Of a DNA stretch of 64,000 nucleotides, positions 29,869-42,400 are shown piece by piece. The stretch comes from Rebecca billardiae RCC1528 (taxonomy: Eukaryota > Protista > Haptophyta). The notes beneath the pieces were generated by a model. It was not told the origin of the DNA. It searched no databases and saw only the letters and a program-made list of their open reading frames with translations. The translations under genes and the position numbers were made by a program. The stretch is taken from contig OZ251222.1 of assembly GCA_965240325.2 (NCBI GenBank), positions 4,154,001-4,218,000 of the forward strand. Direction: 5' to 3'. Position 1 is the stretch's first letter; each line of letters begins with the position of its first letter.

Positions 29869-30756
29869 GCTGACCCCTCAGCGGCAGAGGGTTGCCGCTC
29901 GGAACGCCCACTAAAAATCGGTGTTTATCGAATTATCGGCGCTTCCGGCTTCCCCCATGCAATATCGTCGCGCCCCAAACCGAACTCACAAACAACCTCC
30001 GCTCGGAAAATCCAGCCACCACAGGCACTGGCACCGTTGCCGCCGGCATCGGGCCGGGGCGGCACGCCGGCTGATGAGGAGCGGAAGAGCCCCTCTCGCG
30101 ACCTAGGGCTGCCTAGGCGGGCGCGACTAGACGTGCGCGATCGCGGCCACGTGATCGCTGTGGGTGCCGCACCAGTGCCGACAGGGGCCGAGCCCAAGGC
30201 GGGCCGATGAGGGGCCGCCAGGCCCAGGCGTCTCTGACTCAGTGACTCTCTGAGACGAGTCTGAGTGACGGTGATCAGCCGGTCGGTACTGCCGCTTGAC
30301 AATGACAGTAATAACTTTTAAATAACTACTAGCGGCGACGATATCATATGCGCGAGGGCGGGTTCCTGCCCCCTGCCAGGCCGGTACGCCGTCTGATCGG
30401 GCAAGAGTGAGCAAGACGCCCGCCCCTGACCCCCTGTTCGGTGTGGCCAGCTCACGGTCGACTGGCCAGGCCAGTCGCTGCCAGATCGATTAGTCAGCCT
30501 ATAATCAGCATAGACAAGTTATACCAGTAGTAGGCAGTACTCTCTCTCTCTACATATAACGACGTGGTATCATGCAACGACCGGCAAGCGTCAGGCTCAG
30601 AGTGCAGCAGACACATATAGTCTAGACTATAGAATGCGTCCGCGCCCGTTCCGACCAGGTCAGGCAGGCAGTGCGCCACCCGCAGCCCTGCCCCCCTACG
30701 GGAGCGGGGCCGGGATGGGCCTCTCTCTCTCTCCCTATCTATAACCAATCTCTCTC

Positions 30757-30757
<1 letters not shown>

Positions 30758-30846
<89 letters not shown>
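30758..30846. repeat. (CT)n microsatellite
   Basis: Seen directly. Confidence 0.97.
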
Positions 30847-30848
<2 letters not shown>

Positions 30849-30919
30849 GAAGAAGAATACAGTAGCTACCAAGAGAGCGCAGGCGAACTACGGTAGTAGC
30901 TATCCATATACATAATTGA

Positions 30920-31443
30920 CACTGCGCCTGAAGAGTCCTTGTCGCCGCTTGCCTGCTGCGTGCAGCAATTGCTCGGCCAGCAGTGTTAGTAGAGAGCACG
31001 CCTGCGCGTGCTAATGGCCAATGCCATTAGGTGGATCGAGCCGTAGTGAGTGCGCGTGCGGGCCTACTCCTACCCCGCGATGCGTCTCTCTACCAATGCT
31101 GTCGCAAGCCCTCGCGCGCGTCGTGAAACCTGTCGAATCCAGTCGGGCACATGCCCAGCATGCTTCATGAATGCTTGCGAACAATCAGCCGAGGAATGGC
31201 GTCAAATCGGCGCTATTTGAAAAAAAACTGGCCAGCATAATGTCGCAGTACCACCATGATAAGCTACTACGGCGGTGTCAGAGAGGCGCATAGGGTAAGA
31301 GTACCCGCACGCGCACTCACAACGGCTCGATCCGCCCGACATTGGCCATGCACGCGCAGGCGTGCTCTCAACACGGCTGCGGCGGCCGAGCACGCAGCAG
31401 GCAAGCGGCGACAAAGACTAAAAGAGAGGTGCAGACTGCAGTG
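30920..31443. repeat. Imperfect long inverted repeat / foldback (arms ~30933..31091 and ~31280..31420)
   Basis: ttgtcgccgcttgcctgctgcgtgc, gagagcacgcctgcgcgtgc and ggatcgagccgt.gtgagtgcgcgtgcggg all recur as reverse complements, in mirrored order. Confidence 0.85.
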
Positions 31444-31904
31444 CCAGTGGGCGGGAACAAGGTGTCGAAGCGTCTCCAGGCTCCAGCACACGGACGCACC
31501 TCCCACGAGACCATTTTCAATCCACGCCACCCCGCCCTCGCTGTCGGGACGCCCGTAGCGTGTACCACCCGTCCCAGCCCCCTACGTCAAGGCTCCCGAG
31601 TCCATGGTATTTGAAAATACCCGCAGCTATTCGTTACCAGCCCATTTCATAATCACTGAGCTCAAAACATTCCATGGAATGTTTTGAGCCCGCTGAGCCG
31701 AAGACGGGCTCACGGGCTTTCTGGGACGGGTGGGTACACGCGCAAGGCACGCGGGGCACGCACGTGCGGCCTCCATCATCGAGGGCGTCGAAAACACCGA
31801 CGCGAGTCGAAATCGCATGCAGCGACGGGACGTCTTGACGAAATCCGGAGCAGAGTGCGGACATCGTGATTCGACAATCTGGCGGTTCGGGCCGTTCGGG
31901 GCTG

Positions 31905-34900
31905 ATGTCGATAGCAACGCGCCCCGCCCGGCACTATCTCTTAGTGGCGCTGGCGACCGGCGCGCTGGTGTGTGTCCTCTCCTTCGGCCTTCTCAACTCG
32001 TCGGAGCGCGAGGCGATAAGCAAGCTCATCGCGCCCGCAGGGCAGGCACGCGCGAGCAACGACGAGGACGGCGGGCACAGCTCTGTGTTGCCGCCGACAT
32101 CCACGGCCGTGGCGGCACTCCCCGCCAGCGGTGCTCCGCCTGAGGAGGGCGCTACGCGAGTCGGCAGCGTCGGCAGCGTCGGCAGCGTGGGCAGCGTCGG
32201 CCCGATCCGGCCATCCGCTCGCGAGAGGCATCCCGCCGCACCCAGCGGCGATGCTGCTGCTGCGGCCCGGTCGCCCCCTGACCCGGCTGGGCTGGACATG
32301 ACGCCGGCGAGCAGGGAGGCGGAGGAGCTGCGGCTGCTCGCGATGGAAGGGCTTCGGATCGTGCGGCGCATCGAGCCCGGCCAGCCCGTCGAGGTGCACA
32401 TCTCGCTCTCGCACACGGAGGCAGGGCGGTGCACGATCGACGTGGTGAACGCGGAGCGGCTCGAGCTGCAGCAGCGGCCGTCTCGCGCGCGCGAGCGGCA
32501 GGCGCTGCTCTCGCTGTGCTCGCACCTGCTGTGCTTCGTGGAGCACTCGGCCGAGTCGTGCTTCGCGCCCTCGGAGCTCGAGCCCTCGCCGCTCGAGCAG
32601 ACGGTGCAGCTCTGCCGCGGCAGTACTCCCACTCGCCCCCCAGGGGCCGAGTGGGCGTACTGCCGCCCTCGCGCCGCGCAGCCCGAGGGGGGCGGGGGGC
32701 AGGGGGGCCGGAGGCGCGGCGCCAAGCCGCTGCTCATCACGCTGCTCGTGCCGCTGGTCTCGCCCGCGACGGGCGGCGAGCACGCGAACCTGACCGAGCG
32801 CGAGAGCGAGGTCTCCTCCTTCCTCGTCGACCTGCACCAGCAGCGCAGCATGGAGATCGTCGAGGTGCTCCTCCTCTCGACGCGTGAGCTGGAGGACGAG
32901 CCATGGCTGCTGCGCCGGCTGTGCGCGCCTGCTGACGCGCGGCACCTCGAGGCGGAGGGCGGGCAGGGGCCCGTGTACCGGCACCACCGGCTGCGCGCGA
33001 GCACGGGGGTGCACGCCATGCTCAACGCCGGCTGGCGGCTCGCCTCGGCCGACGTGATCACCGCGCTCCGCCTCGACGAGCGCCTCGCGCACGACGCGCT
33101 CGGCGCGAGGCTGGAGCGGCTGAGCGCGCGGCCGGTGTGCGCCGCGCTCACCTCCGCTGTGCTCGTCGAGCGCAGCGGCGCCGTGGCCTCCCTGGCGCAC
33201 ATGGACGGCGATGCCGACGCGCTCGCGGCGCCGGCGGCCGAGGGCGCGGCGCGCGCGCGCGACGCTGTGCTCCCGTTCGCGCGCATGCGAGAGCTGGGCG
33301 CCGTCGAGTGGTGGTCGCGCGGCCGGCTGCCGCCCAGCCTGCGGCCGCGCCACTTCTTCCACCTGGTTGCGAGCCCCGCGGCGAACGAGGCGGCGGACGA
33401 GCGGCGGCGGATCGTCGGCCGCGCGAGCCTTCCGCTGCGCTCGATCGCGTGGCGCCGCTCGCTCATCGACGCGGTCGGCCAGTTCGACGAGCGGCCGGAG
33501 ATGGCGGCGATCGCGGACTGGGAGCTGTGGCTGCGCGCGGCGGTGCGCGGCCACACCGTCTGCCACCTGGACACGCCGCTGCAGACGCTGCGCATGCGCC
33601 ACGCGGACACGGACGGCTGGGCGATGGGCGGAGCGGCGACGGCGCTCGCCTCCGCCCCGACGCCGCTGCTTGGCGCCGTGGCGGCCGTCGGCGGGGCGGC
33701 CCAGCCCGGCGCCACGCCCAGGCTCAGCAGCTCGGGCGCGCGCAGAGACCGCGCCCAGCCGCCCGCGCCGCTGCCCGAGAGCGCCGTGGTCGAGGCGTCC
33801 AGCCGCACCCTCGAGCGGTACCGCAAGTACATCGGCCTGGAAGTGCTGCTGCTCAACGAGAACCCGCTCGCCGGCATCGAGGGCAGCCACGTGCGGCTGC
33901 AGCAGCTGATCGACGAGCTGATGGCCTCGGGGCACCGGCTCACCTACGTCGCGCGAGACCCGGCATGGGCGCCGGGGATGGTCAAGGTGAGGCAGCGCCC
34001 CGCCCGCCCAGCGAGCGTGCGTGCGGCATGCGCCGCGCGCCGCCGCCGCGCCGGATGCGCGAGCGCTGGTGCGCCACCGCCTGTGGCGCGCTGCGGCGCG
34101 CCGAGGGGTGCGCCCGGCCTGACGCTGATCGCGCGCGCGCGCGTGCCCCATCGTTCCGCCACGCGGCCGCGGCGTGCGGCTCGCCCGGGCGGCTGGTGCC
34201 CCGTGCCATGGACAACCCGCCGCCTCCCGCTCCCGGCGTGCTGCTGCGCGCGCCGCCGCAGTGGGTCCAGTCGATGAGCAAGCTGGGCGTGCACGTGATC
34301 GCTGGCGACGTCCAGTTCGACAGCCTGCACAAGCTGGGCAGCTTTGACCTCGTGATCGTCTCCGCGTGGTACTGGCGGTGCGGCGCGCCGAGCGCGCCCG
34401 ACCTCGCGCACCTCAAGCTCGGCGGCGCGGCGCGCGGCCGTCTGGTGGTGCTGAGCGACGACCTGCACCACGTGCGCGCGCAGCAGCAGCGGCTCGTCAC
34501 GCAGGGCTGCAAGCTCTTCACCGCGCCGATCAGGGAGCGCGAGCTGCGCGACTACGCGCGCGCGGACGCCATCATCGCCGTGACGGCGGAGGACCGGCAG
34601 GCCATGCTGCCCTTCCTCCGCAACGCGCGCGCGGCGCAGCAGTGCGTGCGGCACGTGCCGATGATTGTGCCGGACTTGGCGAGCAGGCGGCCGCGGCTGT
34701 GGGGGCGCAAGTCCTTCCTGTATGTCGGCTCGCACCACTTTGGCAACCAGCGCGCCGTGCGCTGGCTGCTCGACGAGGTGTGGCCGCGCGTGCACCGCAA
34801 GATGCCGTACGCGCAGCTCTACCTGGTGGGCGCGGACATCTGGAAGGACTTTGCGCGCGGCCACCCGGCGGTGAAGGCGGCGGGCGTGGTGGACGACCTG

Positions 34901-35269
34901 GAGGAGCACCTGAAGCAGGCGCGCGTGCTGCTCCTGCCCACGCTGATTGGCGGCAGCGGCATCTCGACGAAGACGCTGCTCGCCCTGCAGCACCTCATCC
35001 CGTTCGTCACGACGTCGCAGGGCTGCGTGGGCGCCTCGCGCAACAGCACCAAGGGCGCGTTCCGCGTCGCCGACAGCCCGCGGGAGTTTGCGGCGCGCGC
35101 GCTCGACCTGTACATGGACCAGAACCACTGGACGCGGCAGGTGACGCACATGGAGAGGCACGTGAAGCGGTACCTCTCGGCCGACTCGCTGGCGAGCGCG
35201 GTGCAGGGCGTCGTCCACACCATGCTCGAGGGCACGTGCGTCTCGCCACGCTGGGGGTCGCGACGGTGA
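31905..35269 (+). CDS. Type II membrane bifunctional glycosyltransferase (GT2-like plus GT4/GT-B-like); intron 33987..34261
   Basis: N-terminal TM. GT-A features HAMLNAGWRLASADVI and VGQFDE...IADWELWLR. GT-B features EGSHVRL, LYVGSHHFGNQRAVRWLLDEVWP, GSGISTK, PFVTT..G and VADSPREFA. The AAG|GTGAG..CAG|TGG intron joins the two frames. Confidence 0.82.
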
Positions 35270-35485
35270 CACGGCGACGCCGACGCCGACGACGCGGTCA
35301 GGCGAGTTGTCGTCGGACCGCGCCCAACCAAGTCATACGACGGTGGGGCGAGGACGACGGGCGCTGGCGCGCCGCGAGGCGGCCGCAGCCCTCATCCAGG
35401 CCTCGCAGGCGGACGGCTGAACGATTTTTTCCGGCGGCGCTACCATCGGCGACGGCTTCATGGGCGGTGACAGTTGGCGGGCGTC

Positions 35486-35584
35486 AATCTCGCCTGCCTG
35501 AGCTGTGTGCGTCTCTTATTCTTAGTAAACTGTAGTACAGTTTACTAAGAATAAGAGACGCACACAGCTCAGGCAGGCGAGATT
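35486..35584. repeat. Palindrome with perfect 49-bp arms and a 1-nt centre
   Basis: aatctcgcctgcctgagctgtgtgcgtctcttattcttagtaaactgta-g-tacagtttactaagaataagagacgcacacagctcaggcaggcgagatt. Confidence 0.97.
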
Positions 35585-35765
35585 CAGTACGACCACTCTG
35601 GAACTCTTGCAGTCTTGGTCACACCCAGCCAGCCGCCCGGACGCCGGGCGGCTTTTTTTTACGCCCAGTTTAATTTCGTCCACGGCCTGAACCGACGGCC
35701 GGCCGTGAGCTTAGAGCGCGGGAGCGGCCGCCGACGACGGTGGAGACACGGCATCACGGCGCGGC

Positions 35766-38108
35766 ATGCGGGCCGTGCATCTGCCAGCTGTTGCGTGCCT
35801 CGTACTCGTCACGGCCGTGCCCGCCTCCGGATGGATGCGCAGCGACGCCGGGCCGCGTGTGCGCGCGCGCCGTCCAGCCGCCCCGTCGCGCATGACGGCG
35901 CAGCCGGCATCACCACCATTTGACTTTGCGCGCAGCCTGGAGCTCGCAGCTCTGGCGTTCGAGGCGTACCAGCCGCCACCTGCGGGCACGGCGGAGTGCG
36001 GCTCCGACACGACGACGGTCATCCTCCACTCGCCCGAATTTGCGGCCAAGATGTACGAGGGCGCGCTCGAGGTGCACGTCACCGAGACGTCCGGCCTGCC
36101 GCGCTGGCCAAGGCACACCCGCGAGGCGGTGCTCACGGGGCCGGCGTGCGATCCGTACGTGCTGCTCTCCATGGTGGACGCGCGTGCGGGCACGCGCCGC
36201 CGCTTGGAGCTGAGCCAGGCGCGCGACGTGATCCGCACGGACACGAGGTGGCGACGCAGCGGCGCCGGGGCGAGCGAATCGAGCGCGGCCCCGGCAGGGG
36301 AGGAGGGCGGCGACGCGCCGGCGGGCTCGGGCGAGGTGCGCCCGGCGGAGGCGTCCGACGAGACCAGCGCGGCCAGGCCCGCGCTGACCGGCGGCTGGCT
36401 CTTCGTCGAGCGCGCCGAGCGCGCCTGCCTCCGCCTCGAGCTGCGCGACCAGAACGTCTTGTGCGCGGACGAGAGCCTGGGCCACGCCTTCCTGCCGCTC
36501 TCCGAGCTGCAGGGCGCGCTGGCCGACGGGGACGGCGCGGCGGAGGAGCACGTGCTGAGCGTGGAGTACCCGGCGCCGGTGGGGCCCGGGCCGCTCCTCG
36601 GCGTGGCGAACGGCTGGCTGCTCGGCGGCGTCGCGGGCGGCGCGGCCGGCCTCGTGGCGGGCGCGCTGGGCGCGGCGCGCACGAGCTGCGCGACGGTGAC
36701 GGTGCGCTGCCGGTACGTGCGCGTCGAGGGCGGGGGCGAGGGCTCGGTTCGGAGGGTGCCCGGGCTCGCGCAGCCGCCCGCGTGGCCGCCCGAGCGCGGG
36801 CTCGGCGGCTCGGAGGGCATCGACTGGACGCAGCTGCGCCCCTCCGCGGGCGAGGCCGACCCGTCCCGGTTCGCGCCGCTCGCGTCGATTGACAACGCGC
36901 ACACGGACACGCAGGCGACGCTCTGGTGCGACGCCGCGCGGCGCGAGCTCGTGCTCGCGTTCCGCGGCACGGAGCAGCTGCGCTTCCGCGACCTGCTCGT
37001 CGACGCGAGCATCACGCAGGTCGAGTGGGGCTTGGCGGGCGCGTCGGCCGCCGCGCTGTGCGACCGCGGCGCCGGCTTTGCGCCGCGCGTGCACGCGGGC
37101 TTTGCGGCCGCGTGGCGCAGCGTCGCGCCGCGCGTCGCCGAGCAGATCGTCGCCGCGATCGGCGCGCGCGGCGGCGAGCGGGGCGGCGCGCCGGGGTTCG
37201 GCGCGGCGGACGAGGCGCGCGCGTGGACGCTCTACTGCACCGGCCACTCGCTGGGCGGCGCGCTCGCCACGCTGGCGGCGCTCGACCTCGCGCAGGGCGC
37301 GCTGCCGCTCGGCCGCATCGGCCTGTACACACTCGGCGCGCCGCGCGTGGGCAACCCGGACCTGGCGAGCCTGGCGGACGCGCTGCTGCCCGAGGCGTTC
37401 CGGCTGGTGAACGGGCAGGACGTGGTGACGCGCATGCCCCGCGGCGCCGCCTCGGCGATGGCCGGCCCGGGCGTGAGCGGCGTGCTCGACTACGCGCACC
37501 CCGGCCGCACCGTGCTGATCGACGAGCGCGAGCCGCTGTGCACCGTGGCGGGCGCGGGGCTGGAGGGCGTGTGCCCGCTCGAGGTGATCGACTCGCCGTT
37601 CGACGACCCGCTCCGCGCGAAGGCGGGCGCGGATGCGGTGGAGGGCAGCGCGCGCGGCCTCGTGTCCGGGCTCGAGCGCGCGCTCGAGCGCGCGCTGCGG
37701 CTGGCGCGCAGCGACATGCAGCGCGCTGGGCTCGGCGCGGAGCCCGCCCTGGCGCTCGCGGGCGGCGGCGGACAGGGAGGGGCGGAACCCACGCCGCGGC
37801 CTCGCGGCGCGTCCATCGTCGCGCTCGCCCGCACCGTGCGCCGCACGACGCGCGCGGCCGCCGCGGACGTGAGCGCGACGATCGCCAAGAGCACTGGCGG
37901 CCGCGTGCGCCCGAGCGACGTGCTCAAGGCGACCGCGGCGCTGTTTGGCGTGCAGGGCGCGTTCGTGGAGGCGGAGCTTCAGCTGCTCGGCGCCATCAGA
38001 CGGGGCGATGCCCTCGCGCATCACCTCGAGCCGAGCTACTACGCGGCCATGGAGCAGGCCGGCCGCGCGGCCGCCACGGACTCTGAGACGCCGGCGGCGA
38101 CAAAGTGA
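35766..38108 (+). CDS. Class 3 lipase with C2-like domain, probably plastid-targeted
   Basis: Signal plus transit-like N-terminus. C2 motifs DPYV and LELRDQNV...DESLG. Lipase motifs LAFRGTEQ, VHAGF, TGHSLGGALA, G.PRVGN, RLVNGQDVV and AHHLEPSYY. Confidence 0.9.
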   Translation: MRAVHLPAVACLVLVTAVPASGWMRSDAGPRVRARRPAAPSRMTAQPASPPFDFARSLELAALAFEAYQPPPAGTAECGSDTTTVILHSPEFAAKMYEGALEVHVTETSGLPRWPRHTREAVLTGPACDPYVLLSMVDARAGTRRRLELSQARDVIRTDTRWRRSGAGASESSAAPAGEEGGDAPAGSGEVRPAEASDETSAARPALTGGWLFVERAERACLRLELRDQNVLCADESLGHAFLPLSELQGALADGDGAAEEHVLSVEYPAPVGPGPLLGVANGWLLGGVAGGAAGLVAGALGAARTSCATVTVRCRYVRVEGGGEGSVRRVPGLAQPPAWPPERGLGGSEGIDWTQLRPSAGEADPSRFAPLASIDNAHTDTQATLWCDAARRELVLAFRGTEQLRFRDLLVDASITQVEWGLAGASAAALCDRGAGFAPRVHAGFAAAWRSVAPRVAEQIVAAIGARGGERGGAPGFGAADEARAWTLYCTGHSLGGALATLAALDLAQGALPLGRIGLYTLGAPRVGNPDLASLADALLPEAFRLVNGQDVVTRMPRGAASAMAGPGVSGVLDYAHPGRTVLIDEREPLCTVAGAGLEGVCPLEVIDSPFDDPLRAKAGADAVEGSARGLVSGLERALERALRLARSDMQRAGLGAEPALALAGGGGQGGAEPTPRPRGASIVALARTVRRTTRAAAADVSATIAKSTGGRVRPSDVLKATAALFGVQGAFVEAELQLLGAIRRGDALAHHLEPSYYAAMEQAGRAAATDSETPAATK

Positions 38109-39499
38109 GCTTCAATCGCTTGCTGAGCCAAGCAGTCAGCAGTACTTGTGCACCCGGTGAACTGAGTAAACGAATGTACGGTATCCTTCGCCTGCCTTAC
38201 GGGTATTTGTTCATCAAGGAAGGGAGTATTACGTATTCACAATGGCGCTGCGCGTCAACTTAGGCTGGAAACCTGTTTCTAAACGCACGATGGCACGCCG
38301 GGCCGGTGGCCCGAGCTCGGAATTCCGACGCTCGGCCATGGGCGCCACAGGGGCGCCGCGGCGGGGCTGACGACGCGCGCGCGTGTGCACGTCTGGGCAC
38401 GGAGTGCGCGCTGCAATGACTGTCCCGTCTGCAGCACCACGCCCCGCGCTGTGAGTGAGAGTGTGGCCCGCGCCCAAGCGAAACGCCGGACGGGCGGCAC
38501 TCCGCCGACCTTGCCGTCCGCCGACCAACCCGCGGCCGCCTGCTGCAGCTCGTGGAAGGCACGCAGTCGCGCGCTCGCGCGTGGATGGCGGCCCTGCGCG
38601 TATGCGCCCGCCGCGCGTGCCGCTTCATCCGCTGGCACCGCACGCGAGGGCGCTCGTCGCGCGCAGTCGGCAGCTCGAGCCCTCCGCCGCCCGACCGGGC
38701 CGGCGCCACACCTCGCGCTCGTGCTCGAGCTGAGAGCCCGCCGCGCGCCCCGCGTTGCTCGCTGGCGCCGCACGCGAGCCGTTCGTCGCGCGACCGACCG
38801 CAAGGACGAGGGCGACCCTCGCCGTCGGGCTCGTGGGCTCTCGCTCTCTGTCGGCTTCGGACCCGGGACGCCGAGGCCGCGCGAGGTTGCTCCGACGCTC
38901 GTATGTCAAATGCAAGATGATACCCGCGTGCCAATATCAGCGCGCCCTTTCGCTCGTGAAATGTCTAGCGAGAAAGTGACGGTTCGTGTGAATGTGAAGT
39001 GTGAACTCGCGACACGACGAATGGGCCGATGCGATTCGCGCGAATGTGAGTATGCAAAGCGCCGAACGACGAGCGGCTTTTGACCGAACGACGAGCGGTT
39101 TTTGTCCTATCGAGCGCGTAAGTGGGTACGCGAATTGCGTTTATGTGATCCGGCACCCGGTGACCAAGGGGGCGCGTCAAAAAAAGGCCTGCGACGGGCT
39201 GGTCCCCAGCGTGAGAAGTCGTGCCTTTGTTCTCGTGGGTTTCCGCCAGAAATATCTGATGACATGAATTAACGACGTGGTATATCTGATGATATCTGAT
39301 GACATTAATACGTTGAATGAACTTGAAAGTGCGACATCAGTAGCGCGGTACCTCCCAATTGACGAAACGGCAACGGTATCACTATCTCCGCTTTGTGAGC
39401 GAGAACGCGCCGGATAAGACTCGCTGCATCTTTCGCAACGTCGACTTGACGAACATGCCGCGCCTGCCAAGGGCGGGGGCAGGCCAGCACGGAGTCCGC

Positions 39500-42400
39500 A
39501 TGAGGGTCGCCCTCGCCTTGCTGGGCGTGCTCGTGCGCGCGGGCGCGCTCGATCCGCGAGCATGCCCCGCGGGCGGGCCGTGGACCAACGTGATCTACTC
39601 GGCCGGGGCGAACGACTCTGTTTCCGTGCGCTCCGACGCCATGCCCGCGCTGCCTCCGAGCGCGACGAGCGTGTGGCATTGTGGCGCGCCGGCGTGCGCG
39701 GAGGGCGAAGCGGCGGACGGCTTCGACGGCACGATCGTCCTCGCGGGGCCCTCGTCGCTGCACCCCGACGACATCCACTGGGCCGTCTCCAGCACGATGC
39801 GGCGCGCGGCCGTGCTCTTCCTCGAGTGGCTGCACACGGAGCGCGGTGGCGTGCGCGTCGGGGGCGCGCGGTTCACGATGTGCGCGTACTGGGTGGGCGA
39901 CGGCTCCTCCACGACGCAGGTGGCGAACGCGACGGCGCACGCCCTGCGCCACGCGCGCGCCGACTTTGCGCTCGCCGGCTACGCGTCGTCGCGCACGCTG
40001 CACGCGGCGCGGCAGGCGCACGCGGACGGCGTGCTGATGCTCACCGCCGGGAGCGCGGCGACGCACGTGCACGCGCAGTCGAACCTGACGTTCGGGCTGC
40101 TGCGGGCGGGCGAGGTCTGGTCGCGCCTCGCCGCCGACACCATCATGGCGCGCGCGAGGGAGATCGACGCGAGCGGCGACACGAGCAGCCGGTGCGCGGC
40201 GCCTTTGTGCGCGCGGAGCCTGCACGCGGCGGTCGTGCGCGAGGGATGCGACGCGCCGCCGGAGGCGACGGCGCCGATCGACTCGGAGACGGCGTGGGAG
40301 GCGGCGAACTTCACCGTGTACGGCGGCGGCTCGCCCGGCGCCCGCCCGCTCTTCCAGCTCTGCGCGGGCATGTCGGTCTCCGACGCGGTGTCGCTGCTCG
40401 AGCCGATGCGCGCGGCCGGCGTGAACGTGCTGGTGGCGCTCGTGTACAGCCAGGTGGCGGAGGTGCTGGTGCGCGCGCTGGCGGCGATGGAGTGGACGCC
40501 GTACGCGGTGTACGTCGCGCCGGGCAGCTCCGCGGCGTGGCACGACGGCCGCGCCGCCGGCGGCAGCGCGCTCGCCGAGCTGTACGCGCTGCGCTCCGCC
40601 GCGTGGTCGGCCGCGCTGCGCACGCGCGGCCAGGTGTCCAACCTGACCTCGCACGAGTTCGTCGCGCGGTACGAGGCGCGCTGGCCGGGCGAGAGCCCGG
40701 ACTACCGCGGCGCGGCGCAGTTCGCCGCGCTCTGCGCGCTCGTCCACGCCATCGAGGCCGCCGGCTCCCTCGACACCGCCGCGGTCGTGCGCGCGCTCCG
40801 CGGCCTGCGTCTGACCGAGTTCTACTCGCTCATCCAGTTCGACGCCAACGGTCAGAACGACGGCGGGCTGGTGCTGGAGCAGCTGCAGCAGGGCGGCGTG
40901 GTGGAGGTGGTCGCGCCGGCGCAGGGCGCGTCGGCGCCGCTCGTCTTCCCCGCGCCCACCCTCGCGCGCCGCGCGTGCGAGGCGCGCACCTCGCCGCCGT
41001 GCAGCGCTCGCGGCGCGTGCGACGACGCGGGTGCGTGCGCGTGCGGCGCGGGCTGGCACGGCGCGGACTGCGAGCGGGCTGGCCTCGGCGGCGGCGGCGG
41101 GGCGGGCGGCGAGGGTGACGCCGCGGAGGACGGCACCGCCGCCGGCACCACCACCGTCGTGACCAGCCCCCGCGACGAGCCGCTGCCCGCCATGCTGAGC
41201 GGCAGCGTGCTGATCGCCGTGCTGCTCTCGACGTGCGCGCTGTGCGTGTGCGCGTGCGCGCTGCTGCTGCACACGCGCCGCACGCTCGCCGCGCTGCGCC
41301 AGGAGGTGTCGAGCTACCGGCGCGAGGCGGCGGATCCGCCGGTGCCGCTGCTCGTGATCTCGGACGCGGGCGAGGACCTCGACGACGAGATGGCGCTCAT
41401 CATGCTCCGCTTCCTGCAGGACGAGCGGCTGGTCGAGCTGCGCGGCGTCGTCGCCAACCTGACGCCCGAGTACGAGCGCGCGCGGCTGATCCGAGGCACG
41501 CTCGACCTGCTCGGGCTGCCCAACGTGCCGGTGGGCGTGGGCACGGACGGCGGGAGCGCGACGCACGGCGCGGGCTTCCTCGACTCCGCGCCGTACGCCA
41601 CCGAGTCCCACTCCGAGCGCATCCACGCGCTCGAGCCCGGGCGCGCGCTGCTGCACCGCGCGCTGAGCGCCGCGCCGCCCAAGTCGGTCACGCTGCTGTG
41701 CATCTCGTCGCTCAAGGACGCGGCGCTCTTCCTGCGGGACAACGGGCGGCTGTGCGCGGAGCGGCTGGAGCGCGTGGTGGTGATGGGCGGCGTGGACACC
41801 GACGCGAGCGCGAGCGCGGGCGCGCTCGTCCCCGACTCGGCGCACAACAACGTCTTCGACTCGGACGCGGCCACGTACTGCCTGCGCGCGTGCGTGTCCC
41901 TCCACATCCCGCTCACGGTCGTGACGAGGCACGCGGCGTACGCGGTGCCGGTGCGGCGGGAGATCTACGACGAGATCGCGCAGTCGGGCAGCCCGATCGG
42001 CTGGCGGCTGCGCAAGGCGCAGCGCGACTCGATCGAGGATCTGTGGCGCCGCTGCTGCGCGCCCGACGGCTCGGCCGAGCGGCGCGGGCTGCCCGCGCGC
42101 TGCGACCGCCAATGGTTCGCAACCACCTTCTGCGCGGGGCGCGGGCGCGAGCGCTCGGCGGACGACCCGATCTGGGACCTGGTGGTGTCGTTCAACCTGT
42201 ACGACGTGGTCGCGCTGCTCGCGGCCGTGCCCGCCGTCGCCGCCTTCCTCTTCAACGCGGACACGCGCGCGCTCGGCGTGCGCAGCCGCAGCTCGGGCGA
42301 GGTGACGGTTACGTCCGCGGTTACGTCCGCGGTTACGTCCGCGCCCGAGCGGCCGGCGCAGTGCTCGCGCGCCGACAGCTCCGCCAGCCTCGGCGGCGGC

